Positions 20,178 to 28,695 of a stretch of 64,000 nucleotides of DNA are shown here, one piece after another. Numbering within the stretch: the stretch's first letter is position 1; every line of letters begins with the position of its first letter. The stretch covers positions 64,001 through 128,000 of the forward strand of contig BTVJ01000009.1 in NCBI GenBank assembly GCA_045863395.1, read 5' to 3'. Under the pieces are notes generated by a model. That model searched no databases. It had not been told where the DNA came from and worked only from the letters and a program-made list of their open reading frames with translations. A program made the translations under genes and the position numbers. Source of the stretch: Myxococcales bacterium. GTDB taxonomy: Bacteria; Myxococcota_A; UBA9042; JABWCM01; BTVJ01.

Positions 20178-21521
20178 TCACTCGGGGCAGCTCAGGGGCT
20201 CCTGGGCCGGGGCGCCGGGGAGCACCCGCGAGGCGGCGTGGCGAGCGGCGCTGAGGGCGAGGCGGCCGGCGTCGACGAGGTCGGTCGGCTTCATCTCCCA
20301 GAAGCTGCCGCCGTGCATGTCGTCGAAGAGGCTCCGGTACTGGGCCAGCACCTCCTCGCGCCACGCCGGGTCGATGGTCAGCGCCTTGTCCGCGAACTTG
20401 TGGCACCAGCGGCAGCTCTCGCAGTCCTGGTCGATACAGGAGCGCTCACGGAAGCGGTCGACGAAGCCGTCCATCTTGCGGTTGTCGAGCACGAGCGGGG
20501 ACTCGCCGCGCCGGGGGTAGAGCAGCCCCATGGTGCGCCCGAGCTTCGAGAGCTTCGGCACCTTGGTCACGTTCACCTGGCTCGGCTTGAAGAAGTACTT
20601 CACGGCGCGGCGGAGACTGTAGGCGTCGCGGGACGCCTTGCTCGTGTAGGACCGCTCCGGGTAGTTGAACGGGAGCACCAGGTCGAGCAGGTTGCCGTCA
20701 TAGCGGCGGTTGGCGTAGGCGTGGACCCGGCGCAGCAGCTCCGGCGTCGGTGTGTTGCGCTCCACGATCTTGAAGTTGGTGTAGCCCATCTCCTCGTAGA
20801 TGCGCAGATCCTCGGGGCGGATCCAGTTGGCGCGCACGTAGTTGACCGGCTCGCGCAGGCGATAGTCCAGGCAGAACAGCATGTGGTAGTCGAGGGGGAG
20901 ACTCCCCTTCCGGCCCTTCTGGTGCTGGGAGCCGTGGCTGAGGCTCGACGCGTGAGTCCCGGCGATGGCGCAGTCCTGGCGGCAGGAATTGTTCACGATG
21001 AGAGAGAGGTCGCAGGTGACCGCCTCACGGATGGCGCGGAGCGCCGCGAACTCCCGGGCGAAGGCCACCTCGTTGAGCACGATGCAGTCTGCCCCGTGGT
21101 CTTGCCAGAAGCGGGCTTTGCGGGGACTGTCCGTGAAGCGGTGGGCGCTGATTCGCACCTTGAAGTGCGGGTAGCTCTTCTTGATGAGCTGGAGCAGGTA
21201 GATCTGCCCCACGGTGATCGAGTCGACGCCGATGCCGCTCGCCCAGTCGAGGGTGTCGCGGATCTGGCGGTTGCCCTCGCGGGTGTACTCCGCGTTGCCC
21301 ATGCACGAGGCGTTGAGCAGGTAGTTGAACTGGATCCCCTTGGCGTGGACCTTCTTCACGAAGCGCTCCACGGTGCCGCGGTCGGCCTGGGGCAGGTAGA
21401 ACGAGGGGCGTCCGCCGCCAGCGTAGTCGCGGGTGACCTTGCCGTAGACCTCGTAGACGGGGTAGCCGGACAGGCCCTCGATGAGGGCCTCGTCGAAGTT
21501 GCACGCAACGCTCAGTCGCAC
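20178..21521 (-). CDS. Peptidase U32 family protein (putative Fe-S hydroxylase)
   Basis: FNYLLNASC, GVDSITV, IVNNSCRQDC, FC, WIRPEDL, FKIVER; C-terminal CX4CX2CX2C; GTG start 1 nt after the upstream stop. Confidence 0.8.
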   Translation of the reverse strand: MRLSVACNFDEALIEGLSGYPVYEVYGKVTRDYAGGGRPSFYLPQADRGTVERFVKKVHAKGIQFNYLLNASCMGNAEYTREGNRQIRDTLDWASGIGVDSITVGQIYLLQLIKKSYPHFKVRISAHRFTDSPRKARFWQDHGADCIVLNEVAFAREFAALRAIREAVTCDLSLIVNNSCRQDCAIAGTHASSLSHGSQHQKGRKGSLPLDYHMLFCLDYRLREPVNYVRANWIRPEDLRIYEEMGYTNFKIVERNTPTPELLRRVHAYANRRYDGNLLDLVLPFNYPERSYTSKASRDAYSLRRAVKYFFKPSQVNVTKVPKLSKLGRTMGLLYPRRGESPLVLDNRKMDGFVDRFRERSCIDQDCESCRWCHKFADKALTIDPAWREEVLAQYRSLFDDMHGGSFWEMKPTDLVDAGRLALSAARHAASRVLPGAPAQEPLSCPE

Positions 21522-21522
21522 G

Positions 21523-22665
21523 TCAGGCCTCCAGGTGGGGAGTGGGGCATTGGGGGACGACGCGGACCGGGGCGTCCGCCGCGTCGAGGAGCGTGGTCGC
21601 CCGCCGCGTGAGAGTCTCGACGACCTCCCGCTGGAGCGCCGCGAGCTGCGCCACCGTGATCTGCTGCTCGGCGTCGGAGAGCGCCATGTCCGGGTCCGGG
21701 TGGACCTCGATCATCACCGCCTGGGCGCCGGACGCGAACGCCGCGGCGGCCAGCGGGGCCAGGATGTCCCGCCGTCCGGCGGCGTGGCTGACGTCCACCG
21801 CGACGGGCAGTCGGGTGCGACCCAGCGCCAGCGGGACCGCCGAGAGATCGAGCGTGCTGCGGGTGTCCGGCGAGAAGGTGCGGATGCCGCGCTCGCAGAG
21901 GATGATGTCGTCGGAGCCCGACAGGGCCACGTACTCGGCGGCGTTCACCCACTCGTCGATGGTGGCGCCGAAGCCGCGCTTGAGCAGCACGGGCTTGCCG
22001 GTCTGGCCCGCCGCGCGCAGCAGGTCGAAGCTCGCCATGTTGCGGGCGCCAATCTGGATGATGTCGGCGTAGCGGGCGACCAGGTCTACGTTCTGCGGGC
22101 TCGTCGCCTCCGTGATGGTCGCCATGCCGTGCTCCTCGGCGGCCGCGGCGAGGAGCGCGAGGCCGCGCTCGCCGAGGCCCTGGAAGGCGTAGGGCGACGT
22201 GCGCGGCTTGAAGGCGCCGCCGCGCAGGAAGCGCACGCCGAGCTTGTGCAGGCCCGCCGTCACGCGCGCCATCTGCTCCTCGCTCTCGACGGAGCACGGG
22301 CCAGCCACGTAGCAGGCGGTGCCGGCGCCGATGGTGTGGCCCTTCACGGTGACCACGACGGGGGGGCCTCCCAAAGAGGAGACACGCAGGGTGCGGCGGC
22401 GACCGCCCTCGGCGAGGGCGACGCAGGCGTCGATGATGCCGCGAAACAGGCTGCGGACGGTGGCGTCGTCGAAGGGGCCGTGGTTGTGCTGGAGGAGCCG
22501 CGCCAGGAGCAGGTCCTCCCGCTGGGGGTCCCGCACCGGCATGCCGCGGCGCTGCTTCTCGTGGGCGATGGCGAGGGCCGTGCGGGCGCGCTCGCTCAGG
22601 GTGTCCAGGATCTCCAGGGACAGCGCCTCGATGGTGTCCCGGAGCTCTTCGAGGGGTTCGTTCAT
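21523..22665 (-). CDS. Bifunctional chorismate mutase (AroQ) - DAHP synthase (type I-beta)
   Basis: N-terminal LEELR..I...L.ER...K...RDPQRE; AGPCSVES, RGGAFKPRTSPY, QIGARNM, LCERGIRTF, IEVHPDP; GAGGA RBS before ATG 22665. Confidence 0.9.
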   Translation of the reverse strand: MNEPLEELRDTIEALSLEILDTLSERARTALAIAHEKQRRGMPVRDPQREDLLLARLLQHNHGPFDDATVRSLFRGIIDACVALAEGGRRRTLRVSSLGGPPVVVTVKGHTIGAGTACYVAGPCSVESEEQMARVTAGLHKLGVRFLRGGAFKPRTSPYAFQGLGERGLALLAAAAEEHGMATITEATSPQNVDLVARYADIIQIGARNMASFDLLRAAGQTGKPVLLKRGFGATIDEWVNAAEYVALSGSDDIILCERGIRTFSPDTRSTLDLSAVPLALGRTRLPVAVDVSHAAGRRDILAPLAAAAFASGAQAVMIEVHPDPDMALSDAEQQITVAQLAALQREVVETLTRRATTLLDAADAPVRVVPQCPTPHLEA

Positions 22666-22722
22666 CGTCGGTCCTCGTGGTAGAAGGCTGGTGGCGCACC
22701 AGCGGACGTCTATATACTCAAG

Positions 22723-22755
22723 ACGATTTTTGTATGAAAGAAAAATACACATCGT
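22723..22755. promoter_or_regulatory. AT-rich imperfect inverted repeat in the divergent promoter region (candidate operator)
   Basis: ACGAT-ttt-TGTAT-N9-ATACA-c-ATCGT; TATACT at 22713-22718. Confidence 0.45.
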
Positions 22756-24248
22756 GCGAGCTGGGAATGAAGGAGCTGGTGGAGGCATCCGGCGTGCACC
22801 GGCAGACCATCCACTCGTACCTGCGGGAGGGGCTCCTGCCCGAGCCCTGCGCCGGGGCCGGCACGCGCAACGCCCGCTATGGCATGAGGCACGTGGAGCT
22901 GCTGCGGCTGCTGCGAGAGCTGCGCGACGAGCGGGGCCTGTCGCTGGACGCCATCCGCCGCGCCTTCGAGCGGGCGGCCTTCGACCCGGACACGGCGCGG
23001 CGCGCCCTCGAAGGCGGGCTCCCGCCGTCGCCGCTCTTGCGCCTGGACCCGCCGGAGCGCCTGTCCATGGCGGAGGTCGCCGAGCGCGCGGAGTCCCCGG
23101 TGGAGACCGTCGAGGCGCTCATCGAGGCGGCCGTGCTCGCCCCCGAGGAGGCGAGCGGGCGGACGTGGCTCGACGACGAGGCGGTGGCGGTGGTCGCGGC
23201 GGCACACGCGCTGCACACCCTCGGCGTGCCCGAGGATCGCGTCGTGCGCCTTGCGCAGATCGCCAGGCGCGTCGCCTCCCTGGAGACCCGGGCCCTGGTC
23301 GAGGACGCCACCGGCGCCGCAGAGGGCCACGGGGCGATCCTGGCGCGGGCCGAGGCACGGCACGAGGCGGTGGGGACGCTGATCGACGCCGTGCGCCTCG
23401 CCGCGCTGCACGACGTCGGGCGCCGGCTGGCGGAGGTGCAACCGCGGACGGTCCAGTTCGCCCTCGACGCCATCTACGTGCCGAGCCCGCTGTTCGTGCG
23501 CAGGCACCGCCTCGACCGGGTCGTCGCCAGCGTGGAGGCGGCGGCGGGGGACGGCGCGAGCGCGGCCGACCTGGAGCGCCTCGGGCGTCTGCTGCTCGGC
23601 CTCGGACGCTACGCCGAAGCCGAGCACTGGCTGGAGCGGGCGGCCCAGCTCGACCCGGAGCTGGCGGACATCTGGTCCTACCTGGGCCTGGCGCGCGCCT
23701 TGGCGGGGCGCATCGCCCACGGCCTCGCGTCCTGCCGCCGCGCCGTGGAGCTTGCGCCGCAGTCAGCGCGCGCCTCGGCCTTCCTCGCGGTGGCGCTCGC
23801 CCTCTACGCCGCGACCACGACGGGCATGGGGGAGGCGACGGAGGTGCTCCGGGGCGCCTTGCAGGAGGCCCGCCGCAGCCGCGAGCTCACCCCCCGCGAC
23901 ATGCCGGAGCGCATGGAGGTCATGCTGTCCCGGGGGCGCATGTTCACGGTGCTCCCGAGACCGCTCGGCGACGGCGCCGCAGGCGAGGCGGAGCTCCAGG
24001 AGGTGCTCGCGCGCACGGAGGGCACCACCGACGCGGACAACGGCTTCGACCTCCCGGGCACCAACGAGCTCTACCGGGTGCACGCCCTCTACTACCTGGG
24101 CGTGGCGGCGCGGGACGCGGGCCAGCGAGACGAGGCGAGCCGCCTGCTGCGCGAGTGCATCGTCATCGACCCGGGCAGCCGCTTCGCCGAGCGGGCCTAC
24201 GAGGCCCTCGGGGCGCTGGGGTCGCTTACGTACTCAGCGACGCGTTGA
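22734..24248 (+). CDS. MerR-family regulator with two HTH-like modules and C-terminal TPR-like repeats (start could be 22767)
   Basis: MKELVEASGVHRQTIHSYLREGLLP; second LSMAEVAERAESPVETV; TPR-like LG..LL.LGRYAEAEHWLERAAQLDP. Confidence 0.8.
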   Translation: MKEKYTSCELGMKELVEASGVHRQTIHSYLREGLLPEPCAGAGTRNARYGMRHVELLRLLRELRDERGLSLDAIRRAFERAAFDPDTARRALEGGLPPSPLLRLDPPERLSMAEVAERAESPVETVEALIEAAVLAPEEASGRTWLDDEAVAVVAAAHALHTLGVPEDRVVRLAQIARRVASLETRALVEDATGAAEGHGAILARAEARHEAVGTLIDAVRLAALHDVGRRLAEVQPRTVQFALDAIYVPSPLFVRRHRLDRVVASVEAAAGDGASAADLERLGRLLLGLGRYAEAEHWLERAAQLDPELADIWSYLGLARALAGRIAHGLASCRRAVELAPQSARASAFLAVALALYAATTTGMGEATEVLRGALQEARRSRELTPRDMPERMEVMLSRGRMFTVLPRPLGDGAAGEAELQEVLARTEGTTDADNGFDLPGTNELYRVHALYYLGVAARDAGQRDEASRLLRECIVIDPGSRFAERAYEALGALGSLTYSATR

Positions 24249-24310
24249 CGCAGCCCCCCCGTACCCGGATACTTCCGGACGTTCGTGTCCGATTCCACTG
24301 CGAGGCCCCC

Positions 24311-25237
24311 ATGACCGACATCGCGCCCCGGCTCGACCTCAAGGTCGGGTTCTCCTGCAACAACCGCTGCATCTTCTGCGTGCAGGGGGACAAGCGGCAC
24401 CACATCGGGGACCGCACGACGGACGAGGTGCGGGCCATCCTCGACGAGCGGCGGGGGGCGGCCGAGGGGGTCGTGTTCACCGGGGGCGAGGCGACCATCC
24501 GGGAGGATCTCGTCGAGCTGGTCGCCCACGCCCGCGCCTTGGGCTACCGGACCATCCAGGTGCAGACCAACGGGCGGCGCCTCGCGTACCTGCCCTACGC
24601 CCGGGCGCTGGTGGAGGCGGGAGCGACCGAGTTCTCACCGGCGCTGCACGGCTCGACGCCGGCGATCCACGACCTGCTGACCCGCGCCAAGGGCGCCTTC
24701 CGCCAGGTGGTGCAGGGGATCCAGAACGTGAAGGGCCTCGGGGTGCCCGTGATCACGAACAGCGTCATCGTGAAGCAGAACGTGCAGGATCTGCCGGAGC
24801 TGGCGCGGCTGCTGGTGCGCCTCGGGGTGGACCAGCTCCAGCTCGCGTTCGTCCACCCGGCGGGAACGGCGGAGCACAACTTCGCGGACGTGGTGCCGCG
24901 GTTCACCGACGCCCTGCCCTTCATCCGTCGCGCCCTGGACATCGCCCGGGCCGCGGGTGCGCGCGCCTTCACCGAGGCGGTCCCGTACTGCTTCATGCAG
25001 GGCTACGAGGCGCACGTCGTGGAGGGGCGCATCCCGGACACCTGCGTCGTCGACGCCCCGATGGTCATCGACGACTACACCGAGTACCGCTGGAGCGAGG
25101 GCAAGGCCCACGGGGAGCCGTGCGGGCGGTGCACCTGGGCGCGGGTGTGCGAGGGGCCGTGGCACGAGTATCCGCGGGAGTATGGCTGGAGCGAGGTGGT
25201 CCCCCGCACCGACGATCCGCGGGGCTTCGGCGTGTGA
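24311..25237 (+). CDS. Radical SAM protein with C-terminal Cys cluster
   Basis: CNNRCIFC CX3CX2C, FTGGEAT, QTNGR; C-terminal VPYC...CGRCTWARVC. Confidence 0.9.
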   Translation: MTDIAPRLDLKVGFSCNNRCIFCVQGDKRHHIGDRTTDEVRAILDERRGAAEGVVFTGGEATIREDLVELVAHARALGYRTIQVQTNGRRLAYLPYARALVEAGATEFSPALHGSTPAIHDLLTRAKGAFRQVVQGIQNVKGLGVPVITNSVIVKQNVQDLPELARLLVRLGVDQLQLAFVHPAGTAEHNFADVVPRFTDALPFIRRALDIARAAGARAFTEAVPYCFMQGYEAHVVEGRIPDTCVVDAPMVIDDYTEYRWSEGKAHGEPCGRCTWARVCEGPWHEYPREYGWSEVVPRTDDPRGFGV

Positions 25238-25239
25238 CC

Positions 25240-26613
25240 TCAGCTCAGCGGCTCGAACCGCGAGGTGAAGTGGCGGAGCCGGGGCGCCTCCCAGGTGAAG
25301 CGGTAGCCGCGGAGCGCCCCGCGGGCCTCGTTGACCTCCTCCAGCGCCTCGGCGACGTACTCGATGTGGCTCTGGGTGTAGACCCGCCGGGGCAGCGCCA
25401 GGCGCACCAGATCCACCGGAGGCTCCACGTACTCGCCGGTCGTCTTGTCCGTCCGCCCGAACATCACACCGCCCACCTCCACCGCCCGCACGCCGGCGTG
25501 GACGTAGAGCGCGTTGACCAGCGCGAGGCCGGGGAACTCGCGGAGCGGGATGTGGGGCAACATGCGCCGCGCGTCCACGTAGACGGCGTGGCCGCCCGGC
25601 GGGAGCACCGTCGGTACGCCCACGGACTCCAGGTGCTCCGACAGGAAGGCCGCCGTGCGCACCCGGTAGCGCATGTAGTCCTCGTCGACCACCTCCTCCA
25701 GGCCCTGGGCGATGGCGTCCAGGTCGCGCCCGGAGAGGCCCCCGTAGGTGGGGAAGCCCTCGGTGAGGATCAGCGGTCCGCGGGCGCTCTCTGACAGGGC
25801 CTTGTCCCGGAGCGCCAGGAAGCCGCCCATGTTCACGAGGCCGTCCTTCTTGGCGCTCATGGTGCAGCCGTCCACGTGGTCGAACATCTCGCGCGCGACG
25901 TCGGCGAGCGGGCGGTCGGCATGACCGGGCTCGCGCGTCTTGATGAACCAGGCGTTCTCTGCGAAGCGGCACGCGTCGAGGAACATGGGCACCTTGTGCC
26001 GGTCGCAGACGGCGCGCGCCCCTCGCAGGTTGGCCATGCTGACCGGCTGCCCCCCCGCGGCGTTGTTGGTCACCGTCATGATCACGAGGGCCACCTTGGA
26101 GCCGAGGCGGCCGAGCGTGGCGTCCAGGCGGTCGAGGTCCATGTCGCCCTTGAACGGGGCCGGCTCGTGCAGGTCGGCCGCGGCCGCACAGGGGAGGTCG
26201 ATGGCCTCGGCGCCCCGGGCCTCCACGTTGGCGCGGGTCGTGTCGAAGTGGGTGTTGGAGATCACCACCTGCCCGGGCTCCACCATGAGCTCGAAGAGCA
26301 GGTGCTCCGCGGCGCGCCCCTGGTGGGTCGGGATCACGTAGGGCATGCCCGTCCTGCGCTGCACTGCGGCCTCGAAGCGGTAGAAGCTCTCGCTCCCTGC
26401 GTATGCCTCGTCGCCACGCATCATGGCGGCCCACTGCTCGCTGGACATGGCCGACGTGCCGCTGTCGGTGAGCAGGTCGATCATCACGTCGCGGGCGTGC
26501 AGCAGGAACACGTTGTAGCCGGCCTCCCGGATCCGCGCGCGGCGCTCGTCCTCCGTCGTCATGCGGATGGGCTCGACCATCTTGATCTTGAAAGGCTCGA
26601 TGAGGCTGCGCAT
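25240..26613 (-). CDS. tnaA: Tryptophanase (beta-eliminating lyase family)
   Basis: EPFKIKMVEPI, DLLTDSGT, HQGRAAE, MSAKKDG PLP lysine; LRHFT (His, as in tryptophanase, versus Phe in tyrosine phenol-lyase). Confidence 0.85.
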   Translation of the reverse strand: MRSLIEPFKIKMVEPIRMTTEDERRARIREAGYNVFLLHARDVMIDLLTDSGTSAMSSEQWAAMMRGDEAYAGSESFYRFEAAVQRRTGMPYVIPTHQGRAAEHLLFELMVEPGQVVISNTHFDTTRANVEARGAEAIDLPCAAAADLHEPAPFKGDMDLDRLDATLGRLGSKVALVIMTVTNNAAGGQPVSMANLRGARAVCDRHKVPMFLDACRFAENAWFIKTREPGHADRPLADVAREMFDHVDGCTMSAKKDGLVNMGGFLALRDKALSESARGPLILTEGFPTYGGLSGRDLDAIAQGLEEVVDEDYMRYRVRTAAFLSEHLESVGVPTVLPPGGHAVYVDARRMLPHIPLREFPGLALVNALYVHAGVRAVEVGGVMFGRTDKTTGEYVEPPVDLVRLALPRRVYTQSHIEYVAEALEEVNEARGALRGYRFTWEAPRLRHFTSRFEPLS

Positions 26614-26808
26614 GGATCCTCCTTCAGCGTGGCGGGCGATCCCTATCACGAACGGGACAAGCGGGTCCATTTGGGCGAGGCGCTGGTGGTGACAACGACC
26701 TCCGGGCTGGAAGCGCTCCGGGATCGTCACGAACACCTCACCGGGGAGCCTCGAGGTCCGCTACACTGCCCGTCCAGAACCCAGCTCCACTGTGGGAGGC
26801 GAGAGCTC

Positions 26809-28578
26809 ATGACCAAGCAGGACCCCGTCGACACGCTTGGACGTTTCGCGGTTCCACCAGAGGCCGAGTGGCCCGCGCTCTACGAGCAGGCCATAGCGGA
26901 GGGCTGGCTCCCGTACCCCCTCTCCGAGCTGCTCCGGGGCGTCGTGGAGCAGAGGGCGGTCCCGAGCACGCTCCTCGCCTGCGGGCGCGGGCTGTTCGAA
27001 GCCACCTACTGGTTGCTCTCGGCCCTGGTGCTGCCATCCGTGGTCGAGCGAGCGCACGTGGGCACCGAGCTCACGAGGCTGACGGCGCTGGTCACGGGCG
27101 CCAGCGCAGGCGGCGCCAAGCCCGGCGCGCTCTCCATGGGCGACTGGCAGACCCTCGCGCTCTCGGGTCTGGAGGTCGCGACCGCGGCGCGCGAAGCTGC
27201 TGGCAAGGTGCCGCCCGTCCTGCGCGACCTGGCCCTCCGGCTCCCGGAGCTTCGCTCATTCCACACAGCGGTGGTCGCGCTGCGGAACGTGTCCTCGGTG
27301 GGCCACGGCACCATCGACGGAACGGACATGGCGTCCGTCGAGGCCGACGCCGCCGCCATGGAGCGCGCGGTGGTCAAGCTGGTGCGCGACCTCGCTCCGC
27401 TGAGGGACTACGAGCTGCTGATCCGCGACCCGCTCAACATCGTGGCCTCCGACGGCACGCTGGCGCCGGTGCCCAAGTGGAGCGAGCACCACGCGCGCCG
27501 TCACCTGTTGGGCTTGGCGCTGCTCGACCCCACGGGCGCGCTCATCCAAAGCTGGCCCTTGTTTCCGCTGATACGCGCCCAAGTGGAGGGTGGGCTGGCG
27601 CGGGTGTGGTTTCTGTCCCCCCAGCGGAGTGGCGGCCTTGCGTACATCCCTGCGCGCGGCCCCCGAGAGGACACCGAGGTCCCCGATGCCACGGCGGAGG
27701 CCGCGCTCGAGTCTCTGGCGCTGGTGCTGGAGAGGCGCAGCGAGCCCCACCGCAGGCGGTCCATTGGGCCGTGGCTCCCTGCGCTCGACGCACACTTCGA
27801 GGGACACGCAAAGGTTCTGGGTGTCCTCGCGAGCCCCCCACTGCTCCAGCAGGACTTCGAGTTCCAGGCTCCACCCGAGATCGAGACGGCCGCCGCCCGG
27901 AAGCGCCAGGCCCTGGAGACAAATGACATGCACGCGCTCCTCGATGGGGCGCCGGCGCTGGACGCCGAGCCTGTCTCACTCTTCTACGAGACCCTCGACT
28001 TCGCGACGGTCCAGGCGCTGCGAGAGTCGGGCGTCAGACCGCGCCTGCTCAGTGCCAGCGCAGTGGTGCTCCACCCGAGCGAGCCGGCGCTCCTGCTCCA
28101 TGAGCGCTCCCTTGAGTCTGCCACCTACCCACGCGCCTTCCACACGATGGGTGGCGCCTTCCAGCCCGAGACAGGGCGACGCTCCGGGGATCGATCCCTC
28201 GAGGACACCATCCTGCGCGAGCTCCACGAGGAGAGCCGTCTCTGGCCGGTCCGCGAGGCGTGGCCCGTCGTCATGACCGAAGAGATCCCGACCGGATTCG
28301 TGCAGTACGTCGCGCTTGGAGTCCGCGCGACCACCTGTACGCCGGTCGAGAACTGGGAGGGCAAGGGGCGCTGGATTCCCTTCGACGCTCTCGAGCCATG
28401 GCTCCTGAGGGCCAAGAAGTGGGTCCCGTCGGGAAAGCTCCACGTCCTTCTGTGGCTCGCCGCAGGCGCCCCGGGAGCCCGAGACGCGCGCTTCGGCGGC
28501 CGCGATGCGCATGGCCTCCTGGCACACGTCCTCGAGAGATCTGCACGCGACTATGACCTCCCGGCAATCCAGACATAG
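26809..28578 (+). CDS. Hypothetical fusion: HEPN-like N-terminal domain plus C-terminal NUDIX-fold domain
   Basis: LSMGDW...LRNVSSVGHG; C-terminal MGGAF...SLEDTILRELHEES Nudix-like box; GGGAGG RBS. Confidence 0.65.
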   Translation: MTKQDPVDTLGRFAVPPEAEWPALYEQAIAEGWLPYPLSELLRGVVEQRAVPSTLLACGRGLFEATYWLLSALVLPSVVERAHVGTELTRLTALVTGASAGGAKPGALSMGDWQTLALSGLEVATAAREAAGKVPPVLRDLALRLPELRSFHTAVVALRNVSSVGHGTIDGTDMASVEADAAAMERAVVKLVRDLAPLRDYELLIRDPLNIVASDGTLAPVPKWSEHHARRHLLGLALLDPTGALIQSWPLFPLIRAQVEGGLARVWFLSPQRSGGLAYIPARGPREDTEVPDATAEAALESLALVLERRSEPHRRRSIGPWLPALDAHFEGHAKVLGVLASPPLLQQDFEFQAPPEIETAAARKRQALETNDMHALLDGAPALDAEPVSLFYETLDFATVQALRESGVRPRLLSASAVVLHPSEPALLLHERSLESATYPRAFHTMGGAFQPETGRRSGDRSLEDTILRELHEESRLWPVREAWPVVMTEEIPTGFVQYVALGVRATTCTPVENWEGKGRWIPFDALEPWLLRAKKWVPSGKLHVLLWLAAGAPGARDARFGGRDAHGLLAHVLERSARDYDLPAIQT

Positions 28579-28695
28579 TTCAGTCCCGGCGCAGCCCAAG
28601 CGACGACCCACGCTCGCGATTGGAGGAGACCCCCGGTGTGCCCTCAATGACCCGACGGTTGACGGACCGGGCCACGGGCGGCGACACTCCGGCGC

